From: Octopus sinensis
Taxonomy: Eukaryota
Length of the DNA stretch: 64,000 nucleotides
Reading direction: 5' to 3'
NCBI RefSeq assembly: GCF_006345805.1
Contig: NC_043006.1
Coordinates: 18,910,001 to 18,974,000 of the forward strand
Shown here: positions 62,520 to 64,000 of the stretch, piece after piece
Position numbering within the stretch: position 1 is the stretch's first letter
Layout of the letters: each line of letters begins with the position of its first letter
Position numbers and translations under genes: made by a program
Notes under the pieces: model-generated
What the model saw: the letters and a program-made list of their open reading frames with translations, nothing else
Database searches by the model: none
What the model was told of the DNA's origin: nothing

Positions 62520-64000
62520 GAGGAGAGAGAGAGAGAGGGCAGACAGACAGACAGGCTGGCAGACAGAGAAATAAAGGAATACTTAAATACATAGACGTGG
62601 ACTGAGATGTGTAAACAGATAGCTAGAACGAGAGAGAGGGAGAGAAATAGTTGAACGGGCCGCCAAATAGACAGACAGGTCGACAGGCCGATGAGCAGGC
62701 AACTGGGTAGGTAGATAGATACAGAGACAGATTTATAGCTGGAGTGAGAGACATAGAAACACAGGCGAAAGTTAAATGAAACGACTGGCACATAGCTAGC
62801 TAGTTAGCCAGATATGCAGAAAAAAAAAGAGATGTTGGGAACATCACTTTCAGTTAAATAATTAAAGTATTCTTTCGAAAACCAAATGATCAAAATAACC
62901 AACTATACCAAAAACTTAATATAACTTTCTGGAGGAAACAGATGTCACTGGAAGATTCCATAAAATGATAATTAGATGGAAATTGAGCGACATATATTTT
63001 CATCATAAATAATAGGAAATTTTAATTCATTGAGGAAATTGTAAATTGAGTGAACTCAAAATGTTTATTGGTGATAAGATAAAAGTAATGCAACATAAAA
63101 GCAAAAAAATGAACAGGATATTTATAGAATTAAAGCAATGTCAATCTTAAATTATCTTAACAATACAAAATACATTAATCTTTCGTTCATTTACATTCTG
63201 TTGTGAGATGATTCATGTAAACAAAAATAGAATAGAAAATGAAAATCTTATAACATTATCTGGACAATAGTGAAAACAATATTATAAAAAGATGGAAAAC
63301 GCATTGAGTACAAAGAAATGTGAAGTGAATATTTAATTAAAATGAAATGTCGCATGTATTCATTATCTAAAGTACATAACAATGTTGTTGAATTGTTATT
63401 TGCTATAGAAAACCATCCTGATATACTATCTTAAAATCTTACTTAAGATATTGCAAAATATCATAGCAAGAGTAAATATTCTTCTAAATTTAATAGATTC
63501 TAGATTATTGGCCATACAACAGTACTGTATATCAGACAGCCCCAAGCAGACTATGAGAATTTAAATGTGTGTGTGAGGGGTACATCTTGCGCTAAAAAAA
63601 CTTTCTTCATTTTTGAACCTCTTTCTACTGCTTTGGTTTTTAGGGATATATAATATTTATATAATATTTTTCAATGCTAGAATAATATCTATGCATATAA
63701 TAATTAGATATGCCTCAAGAGAGTAACAAAAAACAAAGGAAACTCAGAACAAAAACAGACAATGGACATGGAAAGATCATCCATCATCAGCGAGCCCGTC
63801 ACAATGGTATTGCTCAATTTGGCAGCGTCAGCAGGAAAGCTACTGGGATGTAAGCGAGTGTGCGACTGAAAAGTTCATAGACTGGCCAAGATATTCTCAT
63901 TGAATGAGTATGCCAGTTTACGAAGAAATGAAGGATGTTAGTGACGCTACCTGAGGTGGAGCAGGTAGCCCATTTCCATATATCATTTTCATTTTATTAT

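Noticed and set aside
63700-63975. GC-richer unique patch near the window end as a host exon
   Set aside because: All frames are short with no recognisable protein; cannot be supported without transcripts or downstream sequence.

Overview
AT-rich, microsatellite-dense eukaryotic non-coding DNA. The SINE families and K02A2.6-type gypsy elements look like octopus or another coleoid cephalopod; this is inference from remembered families, not a database hit. I recognise no host protein-coding gene, rRNA or true tRNA gene, and most ORFs in the track are microsatellite artefacts or TE fragments. The window is a layered transposon graveyard: two RT-less gypsy LTR derivatives plus a gypsy integrase fragment, a CR1-type LINE, a 2.3-unit tandem Penelope-like (PLE) array at 10.9-19.7 kb, a rearranged GIY-YIG PLE at 57.9-60.5 kb, an R4/Dong-like REL element abutting a 1.9-kb (ACAT)n array, an internally deleted HERO-like REL element in (TA)n, maT and mariner remnants, a hAT MITE end, and four tRNA-headed SINE families (named A-D here). 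The most notable signals are (1) several minimal hammerhead-ribozyme motifs in PLE-type termini, some with non-canonical cores (U4C; U3-A8), (2) recurrent near-perfect fold-back hairpins beside (TA)n, (3) a SINE that repeatedly joins its own copies at one exact junction and forms a 7-unit same-strand pile-up, and (4) a 1.15-kb HERO-derived non-autonomous element with a periodic GGAAAGAC leader. A 100-N gap near 60.9 kb is flanked by a probable false duplication. Boundaries were read by eye and many are approximate.
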